DNA from: Porphyridium purpureum
Lineage: Eukaryota
Assembly: GCA_008690995.1 (NCBI GenBank)
Contig: VRMN01000017.1
Span: 186,001-250,000 of the forward strand
Length of the DNA: 64,000 nucleotides
Direction: 5' to 3'
Every line of letters begins with the position of its first letter. Positions within the stretch are counted from its first letter, which is position 1. This document shows positions 62,612 through 64,000 of the stretch, piece by piece. The notes beneath the pieces were generated by a model. That model did not search any database. It saw nothing but the letters and a program-made list of their open reading frames with translations, and had not been told where the DNA came from. The position numbers and the translations under genes are program-made.

Positions 62612-64000
62612 TTAACTTTCAAGCCGCTTGAGCACTTCGGCACGGTCCGCGTCTGGTAAACCGCCTAGCAGCTCCGAGATTGATGCACGCACGGCGTCCA
62701 GTCGCACCGGCGCAAGCAGCGCATCCAGGTTGGCACTGTTTTCGTCAAACCACTTCAGGAACGCGCGGTCATCGAGCCACACGGCATCGCCGCCCACAAG
62801 TGCGCGCATGACTTCTGTGGCGGCGAGCCAGTCGAGTGCTGCGTTGACTTTCGCGACGTGCTTGCGCAGCTCTAGTTCACGCAGACGGCGCTTTGTGCGC
62901 CAGAAAAAGTACTCGCGGGAGCGCTTCCACTCGACAACGTCACGAATGACGCCCTTGGCCAGCATGCGACCCGAACGGTCGTGCAGATCGGCAAACTCGT
63001 GAGCAATCTGGAGATAGATTGGCAGCAACAGATTTTCGCGCTTGCTGATAGCAGCCTTGATTTCTGCGCGATCCTTTTCTTCCGTAGCATTCTCAAGCCG
63101 CGCGTCAAGCGAAAGCAGCTCAGTGTCCAGGCGATGCATCGCCTTCAGCTGATCGGGCGCACGAAACTTGACCTCGCAGATGCCCGGCGGCTCCAAAATA
63201 CCGCCCCGGCTCTGCGTGTCCGCGTACATCTCCATCATCTTTTCATTAATGGTCGGGTCAACGACCACCCATGCACCGCCGCGAAGCTCCGCATTGGGTG
63301 GCAGATAGATCGAGACAGGCATATCATACTTGCGCAGCGCGTCCACAATCATGGCACCGAACTTGAGCACTTCACCAAACATGTCGCGCGTGCCGCCCGA
63401 GAAACCACGCCAGTTCGCAAAAATCATCAGCGGCAAATTCTCACCGCTGAAGTCTTCGATCGCCTGTGCCGTCTTGAAAGCAGAGTCTGGGTACCATACT
63501 TGCCCGGCTTGAGGTTCAAGCGTCTCACGCGATGCCGCATTTGCTGGATCGGCCGGGATCACGCGATCAAAAGTGCGCGTTTCGACAGCAATCACTCCGT
63601 ACGGAATCCCGCCAAGCCTGGCGCGGCCTACTACTACACTCCTACCCCAGCCAGCTAGGTATTCTTTGAAGCTGCCGGCGTCAAAGAAGCCACGCAACAC
63701 CTTGCCATCCGGCTGCACACTTCCACGCAACATATCACGCACATCATACGTGGCCCCACCGCCTTTGGGCGGTACAAACTCGACATCGCGGCCGATTGGA
63801 TCTGCAGGCGGTCCCGCAAGTATAGGCGGACTGCCGCGTGCTGTCGCCGGCACGTACGCGAGCCAGTCCAAGATCGCAATGACACCTTCCTGGTCGTTCT
63901 CGACGAGTTCGTGCGTCACGCCATTAGGCACCATGATTTGGGGCCCTCCAAGCTGATCCAGTGAAGAGTATACGTCACGCCCTAGAAGCTTGTTCAGCGC
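62612..64000 (-). CDS. ACC1: Homomeric acetyl-CoA carboxylase, C-terminal carboxyltransferase domain (partial)
   Basis: GRARLGGIP.GVIAVETR, QAGQVWYPDSAFKTAQAI, FANWRGFSGG.RDM, ELRGGAWVVVDPTIN, FADLHDR.GRM.AKG. Confidence 0.96.
   Translation of the reverse strand, partial: ALNKLLGRDVYSSLDQLGGPQIMVPNGVTHELVENDQEGVIAILDWLAYVPATARGSPPILAGPPADPIGRDVEFVPPKGGGATYDVRDMLRGSVQPDGKVLRGFFDAGSFKEYLAGWGRSVVVGRARLGGIPYGVIAVETRTFDRVIPADPANAASRETLEPQAGQVWYPDSAFKTAQAIEDFSGENLPLMIFANWRGFSGGTRDMFGEVLKFGAMIVDALRKYDMPVSIYLPPNAELRGGAWVVVDPTINEKMMEMYADTQSRGGILEPPGICEVKFRAPDQLKAMHRLDTELLSLDARLENATEEKDRAEIKAAISKRENLLLPIYLQIAHEFADLHDRSGRMLAKGVIRDVVEWKRSREYFFWRTKRRLRELELRKHVAKVNAALDWLAATEVMRALVGGDAVWLDDRAFLKWFDENSANLDALLAPVRLDAVRASISELLGGLPDADRAEVLKRLES

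Overview
Eukaryotic, GC-rich, almost intron-free DNA, most consistent with a unicellular red alga (inference from the compact intronless genes and an MAAAFV-type plastid transit peptide on RPE). Recognisable genes: DUF285/PARCEL-repeat surface protein, TMEM53/DUF829 hydrolase, bromodomain protein, PiT/PHO4 phosphate transporter, a tandem cluster of C2H2 zinc-finger genes sharing an uncharacterised N-terminal domain (3 intact, 2 pseudogenes), apyrase, Tim9, plastid RPE, ankyrin+GH20-like protein, DENN protein, GnT-I-like GT13, a type I membrane protein, an acylated ApbE-flavin reductase fusion and the 3' end of homomeric ACC. Two mobile-DNA structures stand out. (1) A ~6 kb LTR retrotransposon (53446-59419, minus strand) looks chimeric: Ty3/gypsy-like gag and protease joined by a -1 slippery site plus H-type pseudoknot, but Ty1/copia-type IN-RT-RNaseH, with a Myb/SANT-like domain between integrase and RT. 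(2) Two near-identical 384-bp TG..CA solo-LTR-like repeats (9707-10090, 16311-16694) have reciprocally swapped 4-bp target-site duplications, the footprint expected if a circle carrying the phosphate transporter gene integrated by LTR-LTR recombination. All family assignments come from motif recognition by eye; no database searches were run.
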